Below are positions 1 to 7,580 of a stretch of 64,000 nt of DNA, piece after piece. This DNA comes from an uncultured Clostridia bacterium. Lineage in GTDB: Bacteria; Bacillota; Clostridia; Oscillospirales; Acutalibacteraceae. The stretch lies in NCBI GenBank assembly GCA_944384825.1, contig CALWUT010000021.1, forward strand, positions 4,399-68,398. The letters are read 5' to 3'. The notes under the pieces are model-generated. The model did no database searches, had not been told where the DNA came from, and was given only the letters and a program-made list of their open reading frames with translations. Within the stretch, counting starts at the first letter, position 1. Every line of letters starts with the position of its first letter. Position numbers and translations under genes: made by a program.

Positions 1-1882
1 TGACAGTTTTTATCGCAATCATTGTGGTAAAAATAGAACTCAGTGAAATTGCCACTAAATCAGAATGCTCCATAAGCCATGAAACCAAGCTCATCAGCGT
101 TGGCAGAATATTTGTAATCATATCACTTGCTTTTTCGATTAAATTTCCCGCACTTTCTGAGATTTTATCAAGTGCGTCTTTTAATTCTCCTGATTCACTC
201 GCTTTTTGAAAGAATTCAGTAAGTTTGGTAGCTGCTTTTTGAAGTGGTTCTTGAACCTTGTCGTAAAGAGTTAAACCCATTTCGGTAAACGTATTTTTAA
301 GAATTTGAACTTTACTTTCGGTGGTTTCATAGCGTTTCCTAGCTTCCTCGGTAAGAGCTGAATTTTCGCTCCAAGCCTCATTCGAGGTCTTGACAGCATC
401 TGTAAATAGTTCACTTGCGTTGGAAGCTCTAAGTAGAGCGTCTCTTAACCTTGTTTCACTGATTCCCATATCGTCAATAAATTTGAGTGCACTTTCGTCT
501 TTTAAATTTCCGAGTCCTGAAATGAAGGCAGTGAGTGCTCCCGTCGCATCCTCAGCAAAATATTTTTGAAAATCAGAAGTTGACATTCCCGCAGCTTTTG
601 CGAAATACTGCAAATCTTCACTTCCGGTTTCACAGGCGTTCGCCATTTGAATTATTGCCCTTGAAATTGCTGTACCGCCGCCCTGAGCCTCCAAACCAAG
701 TGAAGATAATGCCCCTGCAACACCTAAAATGTCAGCTTCCGTCATTCCAACTTGCGACCCTGCTGCTGAGATATTTAGTGCCATTTGTGTGACTTCTGAT
801 TCGGTGGTTGCAAAATTATTTCCAAGTGCCACGATTGACAAGCCTAGCCTATTAAAATTGTCTTGGCTCATTCCAGTGATATTGGCAAGTCGGGCAAGAG
901 AAGTCGCTGCTTCATCAGAGCTCATATTGGTGGCAAATCCTAAATTCGCCATAGTTTCGGTAAACGTCAAAAGGTTTTCATTTTTAATTCCAAGCTGTCC
1001 TGCTGATTCAGCGATATTTGCAAGTTCAGATGCTGTCGTCGGCATAACCTTCGACATATTCCGAAGCCCTTTTTCAAATTCATCGAATTCTTCATCAGTT
1101 GCATTTACGGTCTTTTTAACTCCGGCAAAAGCACTTTCAAATTCGATTCCCGTACTGACAACGGACTTTGCAAGGTTTACGCATTCACGAGCCAATTTTT
1201 TAATCGCATCAGAAATTAGATTTGCGATAACGCCTTTCATAACCGTAAAACCTTCGCTTAAACTACTCGTTTTCTTTTCTGTGTTATTAAATTCATCGCC
1301 CAGTTTTTCTGTCGCAGATTCGGCCTCATTTAGCTTATCTTTGTTTTCCTTGATGTCGCTGTTCAAACTCTTTATTTCTCCGGCAAGTTCTTTAGCTTCT
1401 GTGCTGTTTTTGCCCTGTTCTAAAACAACATTTTTATATTCAGTTTGTAGTAGATGTAACTTTTCACCCTGCTCTAAAAGTTCGGTATTTAGCTTATCAA
1501 GAGGAGTCTGAGATTTCTCCATTTCAGAGTTTACTTCACTAAGGCTTCCTTCCATTTTAGAAAGCTCAGCTTCTGCCTTGTTAAGCGACGTTCGCCAATT
1601 GTTTGTGTGTTTATCGTTTTCGCCGTACTTTTCGCTTGATTGCTCAAGTGCCGCCTTTAAAGTTGAAATTTTTTCCTTTTGCCTTTCAATTTGCTCGTTT
1701 AAAACTTTACTTTTTGAGGCAAGGGAAGAGGTAGAAGTGTTATTTTTACCAAACTCTGCTGTGACTTTGCTCATCTCACTTGCTAAAACTTTTAAATCCG
1801 AATTAATTTGTGAAATGGCTCTCCTATATTCTTTTTCGCCTCCGAGTTTAATTGTTCCGCCGAATGTGTTACTTCCTGCCAT
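1..1882 (-). CDS. phage tail tape measure protein, N-terminal ~627 codons (3' end lies beyond window start)
   Basis: ATG at 1882-1880 after an AAAGAGG RBS. Translation starts MAGSNTFGGTIKLGGEKEYRRAISQINSDLKVLASEM..., then a long K/E/S/A-rich coiled coil, open to position 1. The + strand ORFs 729-1511 and 1578-1961 are its antisense shadows. Confidence 0.85.
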   Translation of the reverse strand, partial: MAGSNTFGGTIKLGGEKEYRRAISQINSDLKVLASEMSKVTAEFGKNNTSTSSLASKSKVLNEQIERQKEKISTLKAALEQSSEKYGENDKHTNNWRTSLNKAEAELSKMEGSLSEVNSEMEKSQTPLDKLNTELLEQGEKLHLLQTEYKNVVLEQGKNSTEAKELAGEIKSLNSDIKENKDKLNEAESATEKLGDEFNNTEKKTSSLSEGFTVMKGVIANLISDAIKKLARECVNLAKSVVSTGIEFESAFAGVKKTVNATDEEFDEFEKGLRNMSKVMPTTASELANIAESAGQLGIKNENLLTFTETMANLGFATNMSSDEAATSLARLANITGMSQDNFNRLGLSIVALGNNFATTESEVTQMALNISAAGSQVGMTEADILGVAGALSSLGLEAQGGGTAISRAIIQMANACETGSEDLQYFAKAAGMSTSDFQKYFAEDATGALTAFISGLGNLKDESALKFIDDMGISETRLRDALLRASNASELFTDAVKTSNEAWSENSALTEEARKRYETTESKVQILKNTFTEMGLTLYDKVQEPLQKAATKLTEFFQKASESGELKDALDKISESAGNLIEKASDMITNILPTLMSLVSWLMEHSDLVAISLSSIFTTMIAIKTV

Positions 1883-1922
1883 TCTTTTTACCTCTTTTAT
1901 TTCAAAAAATTTGTTTAATATA

Positions 1923-1951
1923 TTTACAATGTGTGTATATTATGATATAAT
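1923..1951 (+). promoter_or_regulatory. sigma-A type promoter of the dinJ-yafQ pair
   Basis: TTTACA (1923-1928), 17 nt spacer, TATAAT (1946-1951). Direct repeat ATATAATAA at 1945-1953 and 1956-1964 overlaps the -10 and may be an operator. Confidence 0.5.
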
Positions 1952-1981
1952 AAGCATATAATAAATCAGGGAGGGATTATC

Positions 1982-2248
1982 ATGAGTGCTACAACAATGA
2001 ACATCCGTGTGGACAGTGAAATAAAGGATACTGCCAAACAAATTTTTGCCGAACTTGGATTGGATTTAACTACGGCGGTAAATATTTTTTTAAGACAGTC
2101 TATCAGGGAACATGGTATACCATTTGACCTTAAGCTGAGTATTCCAAACGAAGAAACAAAAAAAGCTATAAGAGAAGCTGAAAATGGTATCGGAATGAGT
2201 AAAACATTCAATTCAACCGATGAATTATTTGAAGATTTAGGAATTTAA
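1982..2248 (+). CDS. dinJ: RelB/DinJ family antitoxin
   Basis: 88 aa. MNIRVDSEIKDTAKQIFAELGLDLTTAVNIFLRQSIREHGIPFDL matches the DinJ ribbon-helix-helix consensus. GGGAGGG RBS. Stop lies 4 nt before the toxin start. Confidence 0.8.
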   Translation: MSATTMNIRVDSEIKDTAKQIFAELGLDLTTAVNIFLRQSIREHGIPFDLKLSIPNEETKKAIREAENGIGMSKTFNSTDELFEDLGI

Positions 2249-2252
2249 AATT

Positions 2253-2528
2253 ATGATGGAAATTAAATATCACAATAAATTCAAAAAGGACTTAAAAACT
2301 CTGAAAAAAAGAAATTTTAACATGAAGCTGTTAAAAGATGTCATTACCATGCTTGCAAATGAACAAGTTTTACCCGAAAAATATCTGAATCACAATTTAA
2401 TCGGGGAGTTCAAGGGATATATGGATTGTCATATTCAAAATGACTGGATTCTTATTTACAAAGTAGATAAAGAAGTTTCCTTACTGTCTTTGTATCGAAC
2501 AGGCACCCACAGCGACCTTTTTAAATAA
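2253..2528 (+). CDS. yafQ: YafQ family type II toxin (mRNA interferase)
   Basis: 91 aa. FKKDLKTLKKR...HNLIGEFKGYMDCHIQNDWILIYKV...LYRTGTHSDLF is the YafQ signature, including the catalytic H and the C-terminal GTHSDLF. Confidence 0.8.
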   Translation: MMEIKYHNKFKKDLKTLKKRNFNMKLLKDVITMLANEQVLPEKYLNHNLIGEFKGYMDCHIQNDWILIYKVDKEVSLLSLYRTGTHSDLFK

Positions 2529-2530
2529 TT

Positions 2531-2761
2531 TTATGGCAGCCATTCATCAGTGTTTTGATGAGTGGCTCTTTCTTCTTTAAAAAGCCCTTGTTTTTTGCAA
2601 AAATTATGATATGTTTTGAAGTGATTATATAAAAGCGACCACTTTTTCAGAGTAAAATGCCCGACTTCTTTTTCATTAAAGCCGAGCATTTTTGTTTCGA
2701 CAAAGAGTAACCACAAAAAATCTAGTTTTCCATCTGATTCTTCGTGGGTAGTGCGTTTTTT
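2531..2761 (-). CDS. -1 frame extension of the tail chaperone (gpT-like part of a G-T fusion)
   Basis: The -1 frame is open from the slippery site to the stop at 2531. It reads KRTTHEESDGKLDFLWLLFVETKMLGFNEKEV...DEWLP. There is no convincing independent RBS or start. Confidence 0.6.
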   Translation of the reverse strand, partial: KKRTTHEESDGKLDFLWLLFVETKMLGFNEKEVGHFTLKKWSLLYNHFKTYHNFCKKQGLFKEERATHQNTDEWLP

Positions 2762-3099
2762 GAAGATTCACCAGTTTGTACGCTCCCTGACACCACAGCT
2801 TCGATTTTTTCAGTCAGATTAGAAAATCCAACTTCTGTGAGTATTCTGCCAACCTGCTTAGACGTTAAGAGCTTTCTTTTTTCTCCATGCTTTTCATTTT
2901 CAATTTCTATTCCTTCGTTAATTGCCTCAGTCATAAAAAATTTTAACGCTTTTATATCCGGCTCTTCGCTTTTTTGAGCCAAATTAGTCCACTCGTTTAA
3001 ATTTCCGTATTTTTCTTGAAGCGCTTCCATGACGTTCAAAGTAAATGCCATGGGATATTTTTCTGTTTTAGTCTCTAAATAATTTATTTTGTCTATCAA
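2722..3099 (-). CDS. phage tail assembly chaperone (gpG-like)
   Basis: 125 aa acidic protein in the canonical slot between the major tail and tape measure genes. Contains an A_AAA_AAC slippery heptamer 11 codons before its stop. Confidence 0.7.
   Translation of the reverse strand: MIDKINYLETKTEKYPMAFTLNVMEALQEKYGNLNEWTNLAQKSEEPDIKALKFFMTEAINEGIEIENEKHGEKRKLLTSKQVGRILTEVGFSNLTEKIEAVVSGSVQTGESSKNALPTKNQMEN
2755..2761 (-). promoter_or_regulatory. programmed -1 ribosomal frameshift heptamer A_AAA_AAC
   Basis: Minus-strand tcA AAA AAC in the gpG frame (S-K-N). + strand reads gtttttt at 2755-2761. Confidence 0.6.
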
Positions 3100-3111
3100 A
3101 TTTTTTCACCC

Positions 3112-3681
3112 CTATACTTGTGAATCAGATTGAACAAAAAATCCGATTAGAGCAGTATTCGCTGCGGTCTCAGTATCACATATTTGATGCTTTTCCCAAT
3201 CGCCATTGTCGTTTTCAAATATTGTTGCTTCAACTGATGGAGTTGTAAATTCCAAGCTGTCGCCTTTAGTCTTGGAATCTGCAATAAATGGTTTGAACTT
3301 GACCTTGGGGAAGAATTCCACTTTGTATTTTTTTACTCCGCCAACAAGTTTAGGAACGATATGTCCAAACCCAACGTAAATCGGCAAATCATTGACGTTT
3401 GAAGTGACAACGCCTGTTTCTTCATCAACTGTTTTCCCTAGAAGTTCTGCGAAAACTGTGTCGTCATCATCGTCAATTCCTGCAGTCATGGTTCCGCTTT
3501 TGAAAAGCGATACCTGTTCTTTTAGTGTGTCGTCGGCATAAAGCGTAGCTTCTGACAAATCAAGCGTAACTTTGCATTCAATCGCTCCCGCGAGTGTTTT
3601 CACCTCTCCATAAGTCTTGCCATCTTCATTCAATTTTGCGTATTTAAAACTTTTAAGTCCTATTCCTGCCATTTTTATCAA
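3112..3681 (-). CDS. phage major tail protein (phi13-like family)
   Basis: 189 aa. The GIGLKSFKYAKLNEDGKTYGEVKTLAGAIECKV N-terminus is typical of siphovirus tail tube proteins. Start could be 3672 (MAGIG). Confidence 0.75.
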   Translation of the reverse strand: MIKMAGIGLKSFKYAKLNEDGKTYGEVKTLAGAIECKVTLDLSEATLYADDTLKEQVSLFKSGTMTAGIDDDDDTVFAELLGKTVDEETGVVTSNVNDLPIYVGFGHIVPKLVGGVKKYKVEFFPKVKFKPFIADSKTKGDSLEFTTPSVEATIFENDNGDWEKHQICDTETAANTALIGFFVQSDSQV

Positions 3682-3689
3682 TCTCCTTT

Positions 3690-4027
3690 TTAAGTTTGTA
3701 AATTACCTGAGTAATAAAAATTCACCGGAACATGATAATAACCTATGTCTTTCTCAAGACTTTCGGGGCCATTATCTGTCCAAATGAATCCATTTTCTTT
3801 TAATTTGTTTTTACCCTCTTTAAAATACCTTTGAAGTTGCATTTTGAGAAAATGTCTATTGTACCGTAATCTATTTCTGCGTGGTGTTCATCGTTGTAGA
3901 AATTTTCGGGCTTTTCATACTAAGTGTAGTAGGTGAGGTAGATGTCTGAATTGCCCGTATAGTTTAGAAATGCAATTGGAATCTCTTTATCCCCAACCTT
4001 AAATTTTTTAAAAGTCTCCTCAATCAA
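3690..4027 (-). pseudogene. tail terminator/tail completion-position gene, inactivated
   Basis: TTG start at 4027. Reads MIEETFKKFKVGDKEIPIAFLNYTGNSDIYLTYYT, then an in-frame TAG (3920-3922). It continues YEKPENFYNDEHHAEIDYGTIDIF, then a frameshift near 3835 into ...KENGFIWTDNGPESLEKDIGYYHVPVNFYY. Confidence 0.65.
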
Positions 4028-4047
4028 TAGACTTATGTTTATTTATA

Positions 4048-4437
4048 TTACCTCACTTTCTGATTAAATGTTTTCTCCATCGCTGACCTGATACTGCCCT
4101 CACAGCTTTTAATCGCAGACATGACGAAGGGCTGAGCTCCTTGATGCCGAGTTCCATATTCAATCCAAATTGCCTTATACCAGTTCTGCATACCATTTTT
4201 GTCTTTACCGTAAAACTTGACTCGCCCGACTGCAGCACCACTTCGATTAATTGTGGGCTTGGAGCATTTGACCGAACTTGCCATACTTCCTGTCTTTCTG
4301 TGTTTTGAAGCCCCGCTTTGAATGCTTTCCCGCATAACTTCCTGACCTGCTTTTACCATATCAAGCACTAAATTTTCATCATTTAAGCCTTTGGGAAATA
4401 TATAATCCAAGTCTATTCCAAAAGTAAATTTTGCCAT
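4048..4437 (-). CDS. HK97 gp10 family phage protein
   Basis: 129 aa. The WIEYGTRHQGAQPFVMSA motif is typical of the gp10 family. Position in the head-tail joining module fits. Confidence 0.75.
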   Translation of the reverse strand: MAKFTFGIDLDYIFPKGLNDENLVLDMVKAGQEVMRESIQSGASKHRKTGSMASSVKCSKPTINRSGAAVGRVKFYGKDKNGMQNWYKAIWIEYGTRHQGAQPFVMSAIKSCEGSIRSAMEKTFNQKVR

Positions 4438-4766
4438 TACTTCATCACCAACTCAGCCATGATTTCGGTGTACTTTTTGTCATAAGAATAATCGTTAATA
4501 TACAATATGTTATAAATATTTCCTCTAAATTTAATATACATATCTTTATTTATCTCTGTTTTTGAGGTTCGCAGTAAAAATCGGGTTTTAACTTGTGAAA
4601 AGTCGGAATTCGACCGCAAAATCTCAGTTCCACTGATGTTTGTAACCTGTGCCCACGTATTTAAAACACTGACTTCTGTTTTATTTTCAAAACCATCAGA
4701 ATCTTTTCTAACCTCATATTTTATGATTTCAATCTTTTTATCAAAACTTCCTGGGTTTATCTGCAT
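4437..4766 (-). CDS. phage head closure / head-tail adaptor protein (SPP1 gp16-like)
   Basis: 109 aa. The MQINPGSFDKKIEIIKYEV start is typical. Start overlaps the upstream stop (translational coupling). Confidence 0.7.
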   Translation of the reverse strand: MQINPGSFDKKIEIIKYEVRKDSDGFENKTEVSVLNTWAQVTNISGTEILRSNSDFSQVKTRFLLRTSKTEINKDMYIKFRGNIYNILYINDYSYDKKYTEIMAELVMK

Positions 4767-4778
4767 ATTTAATCACCT

Positions 4779-5075
4779 TTAAAGAAGATTCACCGAGTGC
4801 ATACCCAAAATCATTTCAACTACTCGATTTAAGCTACTTTTATCAACATAAAGAGTACGATTGTCGTACATATCCTGAACTAAAACATAAACCGCAATTA
4901 CAAAGGTTTCGTGAGTATCAATTTGAGTAGAGGTCAAGCCTGTATAATCTGAAATAAAACTCTGTGCTGCTTGTAAAAATGTCGCCAGTTCCAAAATTTC
5001 TTCTTCTGAAAGTGATTGATAGTTAAGTTTTAAGTAATCGGCTAAGTTTTTAACTGTAATTTCACTGACTTTCAT
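4779..5075 (-). CDS. gp6-like head-tail connector protein
   Basis: 98 aa. VKNLADYLKLNY...LQAAQSFISDYTGL matches the gp6-like/QLRG-type connector pattern. Confidence 0.7.
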   Translation of the reverse strand: MKVSEITVKNLADYLKLNYQSLSEEEILELATFLQAAQSFISDYTGLTSTQIDTHETFVIAVYVLVQDMYDNRTLYVDKSSLNRVVEMILGMHSVNLL

Positions 5076-5076
5076 A

Positions 5077-5307
5077 TTAATCAGCCTCCATAAGCCCCGA
5101 TGCCTTTAACTTTGAAAGCAAAGAATTAAAATCTGTTTTTAAATCGGCAATGGTTGTGGCTGTGCTGTCTGATTGATTTGAAGCACATGGGAAGCCACTG
5201 AGTGTGGCTCCCTCTTTAAGCTCTAATATCCCGCCGATTACTAAATTATCTCCGTCTTGATAGTTTTTCGTATTAAAACTAACCTGTATCGCTCCTTTCA
5301 GTCGCTC
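5077..5307 (-). CDS. small phage head-module protein, start uncertain
   Basis: The C-terminal ~75 codons (QVSFNTKNYQDGDNLVIGGILELKEGATLSGF...LKASGLMEAD) look coding. The upstream part of listed ORF 5077-5526 overlaps the + strand gene and is an artefact. No canonical start codon follows the AAAGGAG at ~5293. Confidence 0.35.
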   Translation of the reverse strand, partial: ERLKGAIQVSFNTKNYQDGDNLVIGGILELKEGATLSGFPCASNQSDSTATTIADLKTDFNSLLSKLKASGLMEAD

Positions 5308-5308
5308 C

Positions 5309-5326
5309 AATTTACAATTTACAATT
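5309..5326. repeat. left arm of inverted repeat flanking the four-helix-bundle cassette
   Basis: aatttacaatttacaatt. Its reverse complement matches 5696-5713 at 17 of 18 positions. Confidence 0.7.
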
Positions 5327-5356
5327 AAGATAATTCTTAAGTTAGGAGCAACATTT

Positions 5357-5710
5357 ATGTCTGATAATATAATCTTTAATAAAAGCAAAATATTTGCTAT
5401 TAGAATAATTAATTTATATAAATATTTATGTTCGAATAAAAATGAGTACGTTCTTTCAAAGCAATTGCTTCGTAGTGTAACAAGTATCGGTGCAAACGTC
5501 CGAGAGGCAACTGTAGCACAAAGCAAAAAAGATTTTATTGCTAAAATGAATATCGCCTTGAAAGAAGCTGCAGAATCAGAATATTGGCTAGAACTTCTAT
5601 ATGAAACTGATTATCTGTCAGAACCTGAGTTTGAAAGTGTAAGTGCAGATTGCTCAGAAATAAACAAACTATTAATATCAATTATAAAAACATCAAATTG
5701 TACATTGTAA
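5357..5710 (+). CDS. four-helix-bundle protein (23S rRNA intervening-sequence protein / Avd-like family)
   Basis: 117 aa. FAIRIINLYKYL...QLLRSVTSIGANVREA...SKKDFIAKMNIALKEAAESEYWLELL is the family signature. TAGGAG RBS. Antisense to the phage head operon. Confidence 0.8.
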   Translation: MSDNIIFNKSKIFAIRIINLYKYLCSNKNEYVLSKQLLRSVTSIGANVREATVAQSKKDFIAKMNIALKEAAESEYWLELLYETDYLSEPEFESVSADCSEINKLLISIIKTSNCTL

Positions 5711-5713
5711 ATT
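5696..5713. repeat. right arm of inverted repeat flanking the four-helix-bundle cassette
   Basis: aattgtacattgtaaatt. It overlaps the stop of the cassette gene. Related ttgtacatt repeats continue to 5730. Confidence 0.7.
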
Positions 5714-5725
5714 ATACATTGTACA

Positions 5726-6889
5726 TTAAGTTGTTGCTGCCATTTTAAGTCCGGCAATCATCTGATTATTTTGAATTTTGGAATCGCACTCAGCCCAACC
5801 GACTATTCCGACTGCGTTTTTGTCGATATATTTTTCACGCATTAATTGGATTTCTAAATCTTGTGATATTTTCATTGCCATACCCGAAAAATCGCCATAG
5901 AGAACAGGAACATTGTTCGCTGACGTTGCTTCCGGCATATTTTCGGAAATATAGACGGGTTTTCCTAGTAGTTCCCAATCGAAACCACCTGTTATACCCT
6001 TGCCATAAGCCATGTAATGGTTACCGTTACCGTCTTTGAGTTTCCTAATTTCATAAAATATCGCCTTGTTCATAATCCACATTGCATTTTTCTGATACTG
6101 CTGAGGAACCGCAAGTTGTAAACTGATTAAATTATCAATTCTAGCCGCATTTGCTGCGGTATATGTTGTGTTTCCAGTTGCTATCAAATTTGTTGTTGAG
6201 ATAGCTCCAGTCATGTGATTATTGGTTGCTCCCGTACCTACAAGCAATTCTTTTTCCCAGAACTCTGCAAAGGCCTGAGCCATTTTATTCGTTAAAAAGT
6301 TTGTGACGTCTATATCTGTGTTATTTAAAAGTTTACGGCTAATTACAGATAAAGCTCCGTGTGAATAGCCTTTAAGTTCAACAGATGTAAATTTTCCTTG
6401 ACCTGCAACAAGTGATGTGAATTCATCGCCTTGATATGCCACATTTACGCTACCTGTAGGTACTATCCACACTTGAATCTGCATCATAAACTGGTATTTC
6501 AAGTGTACCTTTGGTGTGGAATTTTTCGACTTTTTCATAAATAGAGGAAAGCTCTTTGACTTTTTCTATGATTTTCTTTGCAATGGTTGTCGGGACAATC
6601 GCACCATTGTTGCCATAAGACATTCCGGGGCTTGTCGCCCTCTCTTTACCGTTTACGATGTAATCTATAAAAGCGCGTTCTTCTTTTTGTGTTTCTTTGG
6701 TTTCTTCAGGTGGCACTTCCTCTGTATTTTGTTTTTTCTTTTCCTTAATATCCATTTTTCTTGATTCCTCTTCGGCTTTTATAGTTGCGTCAATTTCTTC
6801 AATGAGTTTTTTAGTTCACCCCATTTTTTGATTTCTTCTTCGCTGAGTGCCCTTTTTTCAGATTTTGCCATATTTAATATTTTTTGCAT
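5726..6889 (-). pseudogene. HK97-family major capsid protein, at least two frameshifts
   Basis: Delta-domain start MQKILNMAKSEKRALSEEEIKKWGELK breaks at a T6/A6 run (6807-6812). The next frame gives LIEEIDATIKAEEESRKMDIKEKK...EIPVYDADSS. A second shift near 6450-6480 leads into VNVAYQGDEFT...GLKMAATT. Confidence 0.8.
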
Positions 6890-6914
6890 TTGCTCTTGAT
6901 TTTCCACTCTTTTT

Positions 6915-7580
6915 TCAGTTAGATATTTCAATTCCATAACTTAACATCTCCTCTAAAATTTTTTCATATTTCGAATAGTCGACTTCTTGGTCGCGGGAAC
7001 TTGTCACAATATTTTCACTTTTTAAACTGCGCGAATTAGCTCCAGCGCTTCGCCGGTCAATAATTTTTGGCTTAAATTCTTCACCTCTGTATTCTGTTTT
7101 TATTTGTTTTTCGGCTCTTGTTTCTATGCTTGTACCTTCATAACACGGAATTTTTTGCTCATCAATGATTGAAATTTCAAATAAATTCATTTCATCAATA
7201 AACCTACGTTTTAAATTTTCTCTAGCTGTTTCTTCATGCTCTTTTACCGCTTCAAATCCAAAACTCCAACCTCGAAGTTTATTATTTTTTGCTTTTTCCA
7301 TCACCTCTGAATCTGTAATCTCACAAATCGCTCTGAGTCCGATATTATCTTCAAAAAGCTCAATATTTCCGTCTTTTGTTGACCCAAGTTTTCGGTTTGG
7401 CTCATGGTTTAAAAGACATAAAACATCGTCACTTTTTTCAATAGCTCTTTGAAATGTTTTAGGTGTTATCTGTTCCACAAATTTTTCTCCGTTTTCGTCA
7501 AGCATCGGCTTTGAATCTCTTGCTACCGCATTGACGTAACCTTCTAAAAGTACGCTGTCATTTCTGATTTCTATCCGCAT
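6915..7580 (-). CDS. HK97-family prohead protease
   Basis: 221 aa. LEGYVNAVARDS...LLNHEPNRKLGS...RGWSFGF is typical of the prohead serine protease. Sits between portal and capsid. Confidence 0.8.
   Translation of the reverse strand: MRIEIRNDSVLLEGYVNAVARDSKPMLDENGEKFVEQITPKTFQRAIEKSDDVLCLLNHEPNRKLGSTKDGNIELFEDNIGLRAICEITDSEVMEKAKNNKLRGWSFGFEAVKEHEETARENLKRRFIDEMNLFEISIIDEQKIPCYEGTSIETRAEKQIKTEYRGEEFKPKIIDRRSAGANSRSLKSENIVTSSRDQEVDYSKYEKILEEMLSYGIEISN

Noticed and set aside
535-1961. + strand ORFs (535-792, 729-1511, 1578-1961) with S/F/L-rich low-complexity translations
   Set aside because: They are the antisense shadow of the K/E/A-rich tape measure gene, which has a proper RBS and start at 1882 on the minus strand.
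5308-5526. N-terminal 70 codons of listed ORF 5077-5526 (MLCATVASRTF...)
   Set aside because: This part overlaps the well-supported + strand four-helix-bundle gene and has an implausible hydrophobic/low-complexity translation. Only the 3' third looks like a real phage gene.
5357-5710. Four-helix-bundle protein as the Avd component of a diversity-generating retroelement
   Set aside because: I found no reverse transcriptase gene and no template/variable repeat pair anywhere in the window.
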